56,063 nucleotides of DNA, from the IMG/VR virus record IMGVR_UViG_3300025875_000029, positions 1 through 56,063 of that record. One strand, given 5' to 3'. This DNA is from a virus (lineage: Duplodnaviria; Caudoviricetes). The first letter of the stretch is position 1. Each line of letters starts with the position of its first letter. The translations under genes and the position numbers were made by a program. The notes beneath the pieces were generated by a model. That model saw only the letters and a list, made by a program, of their open reading frames with translations. It did no database searches and was not told the origin of the DNA. Positions 36,979 through 44,576 of this stretch are shown one piece after another.

Positions 36979-37034
36979 TTTGCGCCCAGAGCAAGGCCAT
37001 GGTTGAATAGTCCTGTGGCCGGGGAGCACCGGCC
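36979..37034 (+). promoter_or_regulatory. Early-type promoter/operator plus GGAGCA-loop 5' hairpin
   Basis: TTGC-N7-GCAA, TGG-TTGAAT, GGCCGG-GGAGCA-CCGGCC. Confidence 0.8.
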
Positions 37035-37055
37035 AGGACTCGACGAGGAGCAGAC

Positions 37056-37535
37056 ATGACCGCCACCGAGAACACCAACCGCGTCACCGCCGACTTCATC
37101 GCCCCGAACGGGCACCACGTCGTGGCGGTCAGCTGGTACGGCAAGCAGGCGATCGTCAAGACCACCCAGCGCGGGACCACGACGATCCACCTCTCCGGCG
37201 ACCGGGTGACGGAGGCCGAGAACACCAACCTGTTCCACGGCATCCTGGACGTCGTCCACAAGGAGAACCTGGCCAAGGTCGCCGCCCAGGTCCCGAACGG
37301 CGGGGTCCCCGCCATCGCCGACACGGCCAGCCAGGCGCAGGCCGCCCGTGAGAAGGCCGACAAGACCGGGACCGAGCTGATCGAGGCGCTGGCCTCGGTC
37401 CTGCCCGTCCTGGACCGGAAGGTCGCCTACCGCCTCGACGGCCTGCTCGCCCAGCTCCGGGCTGACGAGTACACCGCCGGGTACGCGGCCGGCCGGGTCG
37501 TCAACGCCCGGGTCGACGGCTCCGCCCGCCACTGA
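37056..37535 (+). CDS. Hypothetical protein
   Basis: GAGGAG RBS; codon bias. Confidence 0.8.
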   Translation: MTATENTNRVTADFIAPNGHHVVAVSWYGKQAIVKTTQRGTTTIHLSGDRVTEAENTNLFHGILDVVHKENLAKVAAQVPNGGVPAIADTASQAQAAREKADKTGTELIEALASVLPVLDRKVAYRLDGLLAQLRADEYTAGYAAGRVVNARVDGSARH

Positions 37536-37603
37536 CTGCACGACCCGCCGCCGGGCAGATCCCGGCGGCGGGGCACCACCCCAGCACCGAGCTAGGAGCC
37601 GAA

Positions 37604-37918
37604 ATGTCCCAGTACGACCCCGCCCTTGACGACGCCGCCCGCGAGGCCCGCCTCCGCAAGGAGAACAAGAAGCCCCGGCGGTACTTCCCCTGGGTGTTCC
37701 TCGCGATCCAGCTGCTGTTCGTGATCTGGATCGTGTCCGCCATCGTCGGCAACTCCGGGGACCCCGTGGGAGACTGCGGGTCGCTGTCCCAGCAGGCGTG
37801 CAACGACGCCGAGTCGGTCGGCACCGGTATCGGGGTCGCCCTGGTGGTGATCCTTTGGCTGGTCGTGGACTTCATCCTCGCGATCACCTACCTGGTGTTC
37901 AAGGCCGTCAAGCGCTGA
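37604..37918 (+). CDS. 2-TM membrane protein with external Cys pair
   Basis: TAGGAG RBS; two TM helices around C-x7-C. Confidence 0.8.
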   Translation: MSQYDPALDDAAREARLRKENKKPRRYFPWVFLAIQLLFVIWIVSAIVGNSGDPVGDCGSLSQQACNDAESVGTGIGVALVVILWLVVDFILAITYLVFKAVKR

Positions 37919-37956
37919 CCCGGCCGGGGGCCCTGGCGAGCACCCAGGGCCCCCGG

Positions 37957-38016
37957 TTTGCGTTACCCGCAAATCCCGTGGTTTAATTTTGGGGTACGGC
38001 CGGGGAGCACCGGCCG
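37957..38016 (+). promoter_or_regulatory. Early-type promoter/operator plus GGAGCA-loop 5' hairpin
   Basis: TTTGCGTTACCCGCAAA, TGG-TTTAAT, CGGCCGG-GGAGCA-CCGGCCG. Confidence 0.8.
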
Positions 38017-38037
38017 CCAACCCGCGAGGAGCCCAAC

Positions 38038-38376
38038 GTGACCAGCACCCCCAGCACCACCGCCACTGCGCCCGCCGAGGTCGCCCCCGCCGACTTTACC
38101 GGCTACCTCATCGTCTACGTGCTGGACGGCGAGGGCCCCGGGATCTGGCAGGTCGTCCGGACCCCCGGCGCCTGGTGCGAGACCTGCAACGCCAACCCGG
38201 AGAACACCCCGGCCAGCCAGCTCTACCGGACGGTCGCCCTCAGCCACCAGTTCGACCCGGAGCTGGGGGTCTGCCACCGTTGCCTCGTCGGGGTCTGGGA
38301 GACCCGGCAGGACCCGCGCACCCCGCCGAGCAACGACGGCCTGGCGTACGTCTACCCGCCCAGCGACCGGGTCTGA
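38038..38376 (+). CDS. Hypothetical Zn-binding protein
   Basis: GAGGAG RBS; CETC...CHRC. Confidence 0.75.
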   Translation: MTSTPSTTATAPAEVAPADFTGYLIVYVLDGEGPGIWQVVRTPGAWCETCNANPENTPASQLYRTVALSHQFDPELGVCHRCLVGVWETRQDPRTPPSNDGLAYVYPPSDRV

Positions 38377-38419
38377 ACCACCGGGGGCCCGGCCGACACG
38401 CCGGGCCCCCCGCCCCCAG

Positions 38420-38478
38420 TTTGCGCGGGACGCAAGTCCCGCGGTTAGATTGCCCCATCGGGCCGGGAGCACGGCCCG
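38420..38478 (+). promoter_or_regulatory. Early-type promoter/operator plus GGAGCA-loop 5' hairpin
   Basis: TTGC-N7-GCAA, CGG-TTAGAT, CGGGCCG-GGAGCA-CGGCCCG. Confidence 0.8.
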
Positions 38479-38496
38479 CGACACGAGGAGCCCCAA

Positions 38497-38877
38497 ATGC
38501 CCATGCAGACCGCCACCGCCCAGCTCGCCGCGAACCGCCGCATCCTGGAGGCGCTCGGCGTCCCCCGCATCCCCACGGTCGAGGAGGCCGTGATCCTGAC
38601 CGGGAGCACGGTCGGGACGTACCTCATCGAGGAGATCAACAAGCAGGCGTTCGAGGTGGCCCAGGCCGACGCCGACGCCATCCGGGCCGCCGGTGAGATC
38701 CAGCGCTACGCGAACGACGTGGCGGATCGGATCGCGAAGCACGAGTACACCGATGGGACCTGGGTCGGCCAGGCCGCCGGGCGGGTCGTCGAGGCCACCA
38801 ACAAGCGCCGTGAGGCGCTGCGGACCCTGGCCCAGCTGACCTACGCCGCCAGCAAGGCCGTGGTCGACTTCTCCTGA
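38497..38877 (+). CDS. Hypothetical helical protein
   Basis: GAGGAG RBS; codon bias. Confidence 0.8.
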   Translation: MPMQTATAQLAANRRILEALGVPRIPTVEEAVILTGSTVGTYLIEEINKQAFEVAQADADAIRAAGEIQRYANDVADRIAKHEYTDGTWVGQAAGRVVEATNKRREALRTLAQLTYAASKAVVDFS

Positions 38878-38937
38878 CCGCCCGCCGGGGGCCCCGAACT
38901 GGGGCCCCCGGCACCACCCTTCGAAGGAGCAGGAGAC

Positions 38938-39348
38938 ATGGGCAACTGTCGCGACTGCGGGACCCCGCTCAGCGAGGAGAACACCTACCGGAACCAGACC
39001 CGGCGGACCTGCCGGAGCTGCCTGACGGCCCGGGTGGCGGCCCACGACCGGGAGCTGAACGAGCGCACCCGGGAGACCGCCGACAACTATTACCAGCGGT
39101 GGGAGGCGCACGAGCTGGAGCTGCTGCTGCAGGGTATCGCGGAGGGCACCTCGCTGATGGACCTGGCAGTGGTCCTGGGCCGGACCCGTCACGGGGTCGC
39201 GACGAAGCTCAACTCGATCCGCCGGGCTGAGGAGGCGGGGGATACCGTCCAGGCCGCCCGGAGGGCTCCCAGCGGGCGGACGACCCCAGCCGTGGCGGTC
39301 CGTACATGCACCGTCTGTTTCGTGGTGGTGCCCTGCTTCTGCGACTGA
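38938..39348 (+). CDS. Zn-finger plus HTH/Myb-like DNA-binding protein
   Basis: CRDC...CRSC; WEAHELELL...LAVVLGRTRHGVATK; C-terminal CTVC...CFCD. Confidence 0.7.
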   Translation: MGNCRDCGTPLSEENTYRNQTRRTCRSCLTARVAAHDRELNERTRETADNYYQRWEAHELELLLQGIAEGTSLMDLAVVLGRTRHGVATKLNSIRRAEEAGDTVQAARRAPSGRTTPAVAVRTCTVCFVVVPCFCD

Positions 39349-39416
39349 CCCGAGGACGAAACCCTGGGAAGGGTCCACGGCTGGGTGGCCGTGCTGATGA
39401 GTCCGGGTCGACTCAC
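39347..39416 (+). ncRNA. Type II hammerhead ribozyme (HH1); predicted cleavage after C39375
   Basis: GGAC-GAA-ACCCT(GGGA)AGGGT-C-CACGGC(TGGGTG)GCCGTG-CTGATGA-GTCC; stem II extension GACCC/GGGTC; loop I UGGGU pairs with 3' ACUCA. Confidence 0.93.
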
Positions 39417-39427
39417 GAGGAGGAACC

Positions 39428-39826
39428 ATGCAGGTCATGAAGGCAGTACGCGGGACCGCTGTCGCGGGCGCGGTCGCAGTCGCCGCCCTCGCCCCGCTGG
39501 TCGGGCCGGTGGCACCAGTCCTGGTCCCGTCCCTGGTCCTGGCCGAAGGCCCCTCGTCCGGGGTCGCCCAGGAGGCGGACGCCGCTTTCTACGGGGTGGT
39601 CTACAACCAGTCCGCCCACTTCGTGAACGTCCAGTTCGAGAACGGGGTAAGCCGGAGTCTCCCACCGGGCGAGTTCTCGGGCAGCTTCTCCGACGTCCGC
39701 AAGTTCACGACCTTGACCGGGTGCGAGACATATCGCCTGGACGGGGCCGGGACCTGGCGCACCCTGACCAAGGGGGCCTCGGTCCTGCTGAGCAACCGCA
39801 TGGCGGAGGTTCGCAGCCGCTGCTGA
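39428..39826 (+). CDS. Small secreted protein bracketed by hammerheads
   Basis: GAGGAGG RBS; hydrophobic signal, ADA site, beta-rich domain with two Cys. Confidence 0.8.
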   Translation: MQVMKAVRGTAVAGAVAVAALAPLVGPVAPVLVPSLVLAEGPSSGVAQEADAAFYGVVYNQSAHFVNVQFENGVSRSLPPGEFSGSFSDVRKFTTLTGCETYRLDGAGTWRTLTKGASVLLSNRMAEVRSRC

Positions 39827-39831
39827 CCCCA

Positions 39832-39902
39832 GGTCCCGAGGACGAAACGCCGCGAGGCGTCCGTGGCTGAGCAGTCACGCCGACGAGTCCGGACCGACTC
39901 AC
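39832..39902 (+). ncRNA. Type II hammerhead ribozyme (HH2, core variant CCGACGA); predicted cleavage after C39861
   Basis: GGAC-GAA-ACGCC(GCGA)GGCGT-C-CGTGGC(TGAGCA)GTCACG-CCGACGA-GTCC; extension GGTCC/GGACC; loop I UGAG pairs with 3' CUCA. Confidence 0.85.
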
Positions 39903-39915
39903 TGAAGGAGCCGAA

Positions 39916-40431
39916 ATGCGATCCATCATGAAGCCCCGCACCCGCGTCGCCGCGTTGTTAGTGGCGGCTACGGCCGGGTTCTCCGGCGCGGCTGTCGCCT
40001 TCCCGGTGGCGGGGCCGTCCGCCCCGGCACCGGAGTCGGCGCTGACGGCGGAGGCGTACGACACCCCGGAGGAGGCGATCCGGGCGGCGGAGGCTCAGTC
40101 CAGCGGTACCAACCTGCTCGGGCAGCCGATGCCTGCGGCCGACGCGCACCACAACCACTACCGGGCCATCTACCACCACAGCAACAGCGTGGTGGGGTCG
40201 CTGACCTACGCCGACGACGGCGGGACCTCGTGGGGGCTCGGTCGTGGGGGCGGCACCTGCTGCTTCCAGGGCGGGTCGGTGTACGTGGGGTCGGCGCACG
40301 ACGTGATCGAGACGTCGCGGGAACGGCCCAGCTGGGCCCGTCGGCTAGCGAACACCGGCTGGTACGGCGTCGCCGCGCTGGACAGCCCCGGGCACATGTA
40401 CTACCGGGCCGTGCCCAACGGCGGTAACTGA
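39916..40431 (+). CDS. Small secreted His/Gly-rich protein downstream of HH2
   Basis: AAGGAG RBS; Sec signal (AVA), Pro/Ala/Glu linker, ADA site, CC pair. Confidence 0.8.
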   Translation: MRSIMKPRTRVAALLVAATAGFSGAAVAFPVAGPSAPAPESALTAEAYDTPEEAIRAAEAQSSGTNLLGQPMPAADAHHNHYRAIYHHSNSVVGSLTYADDGGTSWGLGRGGGTCCFQGGSVYVGSAHDVIETSRERPSWARRLANTGWYGVAALDSPGHMYYRAVPNGGN

Positions 40432-40475
40432 TCGCACACCGCCCGGGGTCGTCGCGACATGCGGCGGCCCCCGGG

Positions 40476-40531
40476 TTTGCGGCCCACGCAAACCCGTGGT
40501 TTACTGGTCATACGGGCGAGGAGCATCGCCC
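40476..40531 (+). promoter_or_regulatory. Early-type promoter/operator plus GGAGCA-loop 5' hairpin
   Basis: TTTGCGGCCCACGCAAA, TGG-TTTACT, GGGCGA-GGAGCA-TCGCCC. Confidence 0.8.
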
Positions 40532-40551
40532 ACGGAGCAAAGGAGCCCGAT

Positions 40552-40800
40552 ATGCGCGAACTCTGGCAGACCGAGATCAAGATGGACGGCCAGCTGGTCA
40601 CCAACCCCGGTGTCGCGGAGGACATCCTCCGGACCCTCGGGGTCGAGTACACCGAGATCGAGGTCGAGTCGGCCGAGGACGGGCTCTACCTCGTCGGGTT
40701 CCTCGGCCGGGAAGCCCGCTACCTCGCCGCCGACACCGAGGTCTGGATCTCCGAGGACCTGGGCGGCAAGAACTTCCAGGTCTACGTCCCGCAGCCCTGA
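40552..40800 (+). CDS. Small acidic hypothetical protein
   Basis: AAGGAG RBS, ATG 40552. Confidence 0.75.
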   Translation: MRELWQTEIKMDGQLVTNPGVAEDILRTLGVEYTEIEVESAEDGLYLVGFLGREARYLAADTEVWISEDLGGKNFQVYVPQP

Positions 40801-40857
40801 GACACCCGCCCCGCCCCCACCCGGGGGCGGGGCACCCTTTACCCGGAAGCAGGAGCC

Positions 40858-41010
40858 GTGAGTAAGCTCGAAACCCTCCGTCGCACCCTCTACTTCGCCC
40901 AGCGCGGGATCGGGGACATCCAGGCCGCCCAGCGCGGCCCCGAGGTCCTCGCCAAGCGTATCGTCCGCCGCTCGGTCACCCGGGCCCTCTTCCGGGCGTT
41001 CGGGCTGTGA
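40858..41010 (+). CDS. Small basic hypothetical protein (50 aa)
   Basis: CAGGAG RBS, GTG 40858; GTGA overlap with the next gene. Confidence 0.6.
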   Translation: MSKLETLRRTLYFAQRGIGDIQAAQRGPEVLAKRIVRRSVTRALFRAFGL

Positions 41011-41285
41011 ACGTCAACCTGGGCCCGGCGCACATCGCCCACGAGGAGGCTCTGAAGGCCCAGATCGACCAGCACCGGGCGGTGATGGTGGTGGCTTTCC
41101 CGACCTTCCGGTTCGCCAGCTCACCCGTCCTGGTGCCGGACGAGGAGCACGAGGCGCTGGGCGTTTACCAGGTCTGGTGGCCGGTGGTGGACTCAGCCAC
41201 CAGTCAAGCGACCTTCCTGCACGTCAGCCCCGACGGCGTCCGGGTGGAGATGGAGGCGATCCTCCCCGACCACTGGTTCAGCTAG
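41007..41285 (+). CDS. Hypothetical protein
   Basis: Translationally coupled ORF. Confidence 0.6.
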   Translation: MNVNLGPAHIAHEEALKAQIDQHRAVMVVAFPTFRFASSPVLVPDEEHEALGVYQVWWPVVDSATSQATFLHVSPDGVRVEMEAILPDHWFS

Positions 41286-41349
41286 GATAGACCGAGCAGC
41301 AGAGGAGGTGATGGCGATGCGCGGCTGGAAGTGGAACTGAGCACCCGAA

Positions 41350-41385
41350 GAGAGGCCCCCGACCCCTGAGGTTCGGGGGCCTCTC
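41350..41385 (+). terminator. Terminator-like hairpin closing the accessory island
   Basis: GAGAGGCCCCCGA...TCGGGGGCCTCTC. Confidence 0.7.
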
Positions 41386-41468
41386 CATGTTTGGGGTAAC
41401 CTGGCGTCGTCACTCCCGGCTGATCGGGGCGGTCCGGCCGGGAGTGACCCCAACGATGAAGGAGCAGA

Positions 41469-43292
41469 GTGGCTGACGAGCTGATCTTCGACCAGTACAC
41501 GCCGCTGTCCTTCAAGGCCGCCATCGGGGAGTCGGACCGGCCGGGCATCGCCTGGACCGCGCCGACCTGGGTCGGGGACGAGGCCAGGCGTCGTCTGCAG
41601 GCGTACAAGCTGCTCCAGGCGTACCTGGACAACGCGTCCCGTGAATTCATCGGGGACAGTGACCCGGAGAGCCGAGCCCGCCACCGGGAGTACGGCGACG
41701 CCGCCCTGATCCGGGACACGACCCTGGCCGCCCTCCTGGGCGTGGACGTCCACATCGCGACCGACGGCGCGGCCGACTTCGACCCCGACGACGAAGAGGC
41801 CGACCCCGACCCTGACGCCGAGGCCGCGTTCGACTTCCAGGACTGGGTGCAGGACTGGGCGACCAAGGAGCGGTTCCGGCTGAAGCTGATGGAGGCCGAG
41901 CGCACTTCGGTCGGCCTCGGCGACGCCGTGTACACCCTCGGGTACTCGCCGGAGAAGGAGCGGGTCCGGCTGCGGGTCTGGGACCCCGGGTTCTACTTCC
42001 CGGTCCTGGACGACGGGAATGAGGACGACTACCCGCGCACGGTCCACATCGCCTGGGAACTCCCCCGGGACGAGGACCGGCCGGGCGAGCTGAAGATCCG
42101 CCGCCTGACCTGGCGGCTGGGCGGGATCCGGCCGGTGGTGGACGTGTCCGGCCCGATCCCCAGCGTCCGCCCCGGTCCCGGCGACGGCACCGACCGGCGG
42201 ACCGGCCGAATCACCCGAAACTACGCGTGGAACGACAAGCCCGCGTTCGAGACCTGCTACTTCAGCGACGGTACCTGGACGCTGGACAATGTCGACAAGT
42301 GGGGCGTCGCCCGGCTGGCCGACGAGGACGGGGTCTACCAGACCCAGTACAACGAGCGAACCGGCGAGTTCGAGGAGATCCGGGACCTGGACCTGCGGAT
42401 CGACTTCATCCCGGTGGTGCACGTCCCGAACACCGTCGCGATCGCGAACCACTTCGGGCAGTCCACGCTGTCCCGGGTGCTGCAGATTCTGGACGACCTG
42501 TCGAACGCCGACACCGACATGCAGGCCGCCGCCGCCACGTCCGGCCGTCCGGTGATGGCGCTGGAGGGTGGGTCGCTCGGGAACCGTGTCGCGACCTACG
42601 AGCCCGGCGAGGTCTGGGAGGTCGGCGGCGGGAAGCTGACGGTCATCGACACGACCTCCAGCCTGGCCGCGCTCCAGGGATTGGTCGACGCCCTGTGGCG
42701 GCGGCTCTCGTCGAACTCGCGCATCCCGGAGAGCCTCCTGGGGCGGGTCGCCCCGTCCGAGGTCCCGTCGGGGGTCGCCCTGGCGCTGTCGTTCGGCCCG
42801 CTGTCGAGCATGATCGACGAGATGCGGCTGAGCCGGGCCGACAAGTACCCGCTGCTGTTCAAGTTCGTGCACCGGATGAGCCAGGCGGCGCTGCTGCCGG
42901 AGGTGCCCGCCGAGTACCTGGAGACGACCCTGGACTTCGGGCCGTTCCTGCCCTCGGACAAGGACGGGATCGCGACCACCGTGGCGGCCCTGCTGCAGGC
43001 GAAGGCGATCGGCCGGAATACCGCCGTCCGCTGGTTGAAGTCCGCCGGTTGGGACGTCGAGACCGTGAGCGACGAGGTCAGCGACATCCAGGCGATCGAC
43101 TTCGAAGGTGCCGGGGCGATCCTGGATCTGACCGGCGACGTCCAGGCCGCCATCGACTACCTGGGGTTGGAGGGCGTGGTGGCGGTTCGCCAGCCCGCAC
43201 CGGAGGAGCCCGAGGTGGACGAGGACGGCAATCCGGTCGAGGATGACCCAGCCGACGAGACAGAACCGCCCGCCGGACCGCCTGCTCCCTAA
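41469..43292 (+). CDS. Portal protein
   Basis: 607 aa, first gene of the head module; GLGDAV, PVVHVPN, GQSTL, PSGVAL patterns. Confidence 0.85.
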   Translation: MADELIFDQYTPLSFKAAIGESDRPGIAWTAPTWVGDEARRRLQAYKLLQAYLDNASREFIGDSDPESRARHREYGDAALIRDTTLAALLGVDVHIATDGAADFDPDDEEADPDPDAEAAFDFQDWVQDWATKERFRLKLMEAERTSVGLGDAVYTLGYSPEKERVRLRVWDPGFYFPVLDDGNEDDYPRTVHIAWELPRDEDRPGELKIRRLTWRLGGIRPVVDVSGPIPSVRPGPGDGTDRRTGRITRNYAWNDKPAFETCYFSDGTWTLDNVDKWGVARLADEDGVYQTQYNERTGEFEEIRDLDLRIDFIPVVHVPNTVAIANHFGQSTLSRVLQILDDLSNADTDMQAAAATSGRPVMALEGGSLGNRVATYEPGEVWEVGGGKLTVIDTTSSLAALQGLVDALWRRLSSNSRIPESLLGRVAPSEVPSGVALALSFGPLSSMIDEMRLSRADKYPLLFKFVHRMSQAALLPEVPAEYLETTLDFGPFLPSDKDGIATTVAALLQAKAIGRNTAVRWLKSAGWDVETVSDEVSDIQAIDFEGAGAILDLTGDVQAAIDYLGLEGVVAVRQPAPEEPEVDEDGNPVEDDPADETEPPAGPPAP

Positions 43293-43406
43293 ACTTGGGG
43301 CCGACACGTCGGTTTCAGGTATAGTCACGGTAGCAAGCCCGACCCGGCGGTTCCGGGACGCGCAGACCCGGCTGCCCAAGCCTCCGGGACCAGGAGGAGA
43401 AACCAC

Positions 43407-44129
43407 GTGACGATGTCGCCCCGCCTCGTTCCCGCACCGTGGACGGTGCTCGGTTACCGGAAGAACGGTCGCCCCATCTACCCGATCCTGGGTGCTGAGG
43501 ACGACCTGCCCAAGGACCCGAAGCCGACGGACCCGCCGAAGCCGACGGACCCGCCGAAGACGTTCACGCAGGCCGAGGTCAACGCCATCGCCACCCGAGA
43601 GGCCCAGGCCGCCGAGCGGACAGCGCAGACCAAGCTGCTCCAGTCGCTCGGGTTCGAGACGCCGGAGGCGGCCAAGGCCGCAGTCGACGCCGCGAAGGCC
43701 GCAGCCGACGCCGCCAAGACTGACGAGCAGCGCGCCGCCGAGGCCGCCGCAGCGGCCAAGACCGCTGCGGAGGCCGACCGGGCCGCTGCCGCCACCGAGA
43801 GGTTCGAAGCCAAGCTAGAGCGACAGTTCGCGAAGGCAGGCGTCGACATCGAGGCGGACTCGTTCGCCCGGATCCGACGGATGGTGACGCTGGACTCCAG
43901 CGCCGACGTCGCCGCGATCCAGGCCGAGATCACCACGCTGAAGACGGACTTCCCGGGGCTGTTCGGCACCAGCACGGACGGCCCTCCCGGGTCGCCCGGA
44001 TCGGACCCGAACGGTCGCCCGCCGAACACCCCGCCCGGGTCGAAGACGGCCATGGAGCGGGGACGGGAACGGGCGAAGGCCCGCGCCACCGGCGGCGGCG
44101 GGGGCTACCTCACGCCTCCTGGCCTCTGA
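43407..44129 (+). CDS. Capsid scaffolding protein
   Basis: KTFTQAEVN, Ala/Lys coiled coil, FPGLF; TATAGT promoter near 43320. Confidence 0.85.
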   Translation: MTMSPRLVPAPWTVLGYRKNGRPIYPILGAEDDLPKDPKPTDPPKPTDPPKTFTQAEVNAIATREAQAAERTAQTKLLQSLGFETPEAAKAAVDAAKAAADAAKTDEQRAAEAAAAAKTAAEADRAAAATERFEAKLERQFAKAGVDIEADSFARIRRMVTLDSSADVAAIQAEITTLKTDFPGLFGTSTDGPPGSPGSDPNGRPPNTPPGSKTAMERGRERAKARATGGGGGYLTPPGL

Positions 44130-44168
44130 TCCACCACCACCCACCTGAACTGAGAGAGGCAAACGCAC

Positions 44169-44558
44169 ATGGGCTCGCGTCTCGTCATCCGGTCCGAGGA
44201 CTTCGTCCCGGCTGAGAACCACGAATGGCTGGGGTCGGCACACGGCACCCAGGAGATGGAGCCGGTCACCCTCGATGGGGCCGCCTTCGCAACCGCGTTC
44301 CCGGACGGGGTCGTCCCTTCCGGGGTCGTCCTGGCCCGGAACGTCGCCGGGACCAAGGTCGTCCCGTTCGCCACTGCGGCGGCCGACGCGACCGGGGTGG
44401 CCATCGGTCACCTGTTCACGACCACGCTCGTCTCGGCCACGGCCGACACCACCGGTTCCTGCTACTGGCACGGCCGGGTGCGCGTGGCGAAGCTGCCCGC
44501 GTCCAGCCGGTACGACGCCACCGTCAAGGCGGATCTGCCTCAGATCCGCTACGTCTGA
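44169..44558 (+). CDS. Head decoration protein
   Basis: GVVPSGVVLA...GHLF...HGRV..KLP; lies between scaffold and capsid. Confidence 0.8.
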   Translation: MGSRLVIRSEDFVPAENHEWLGSAHGTQEMEPVTLDGAAFATAFPDGVVPSGVVLARNVAGTKVVPFATAAADATGVAIGHLFTTTLVSATADTTGSCYWHGRVRVAKLPASSRYDATVKADLPQIRYV

Positions 44559-44576
44559 GTCTGAGGAGAAGCTGAG

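Noticed and set aside
43518-43560. 18-bp tandem repeat in the scaffold gene
   Set aside because: Encodes a PKPTDP low-complexity linker only.
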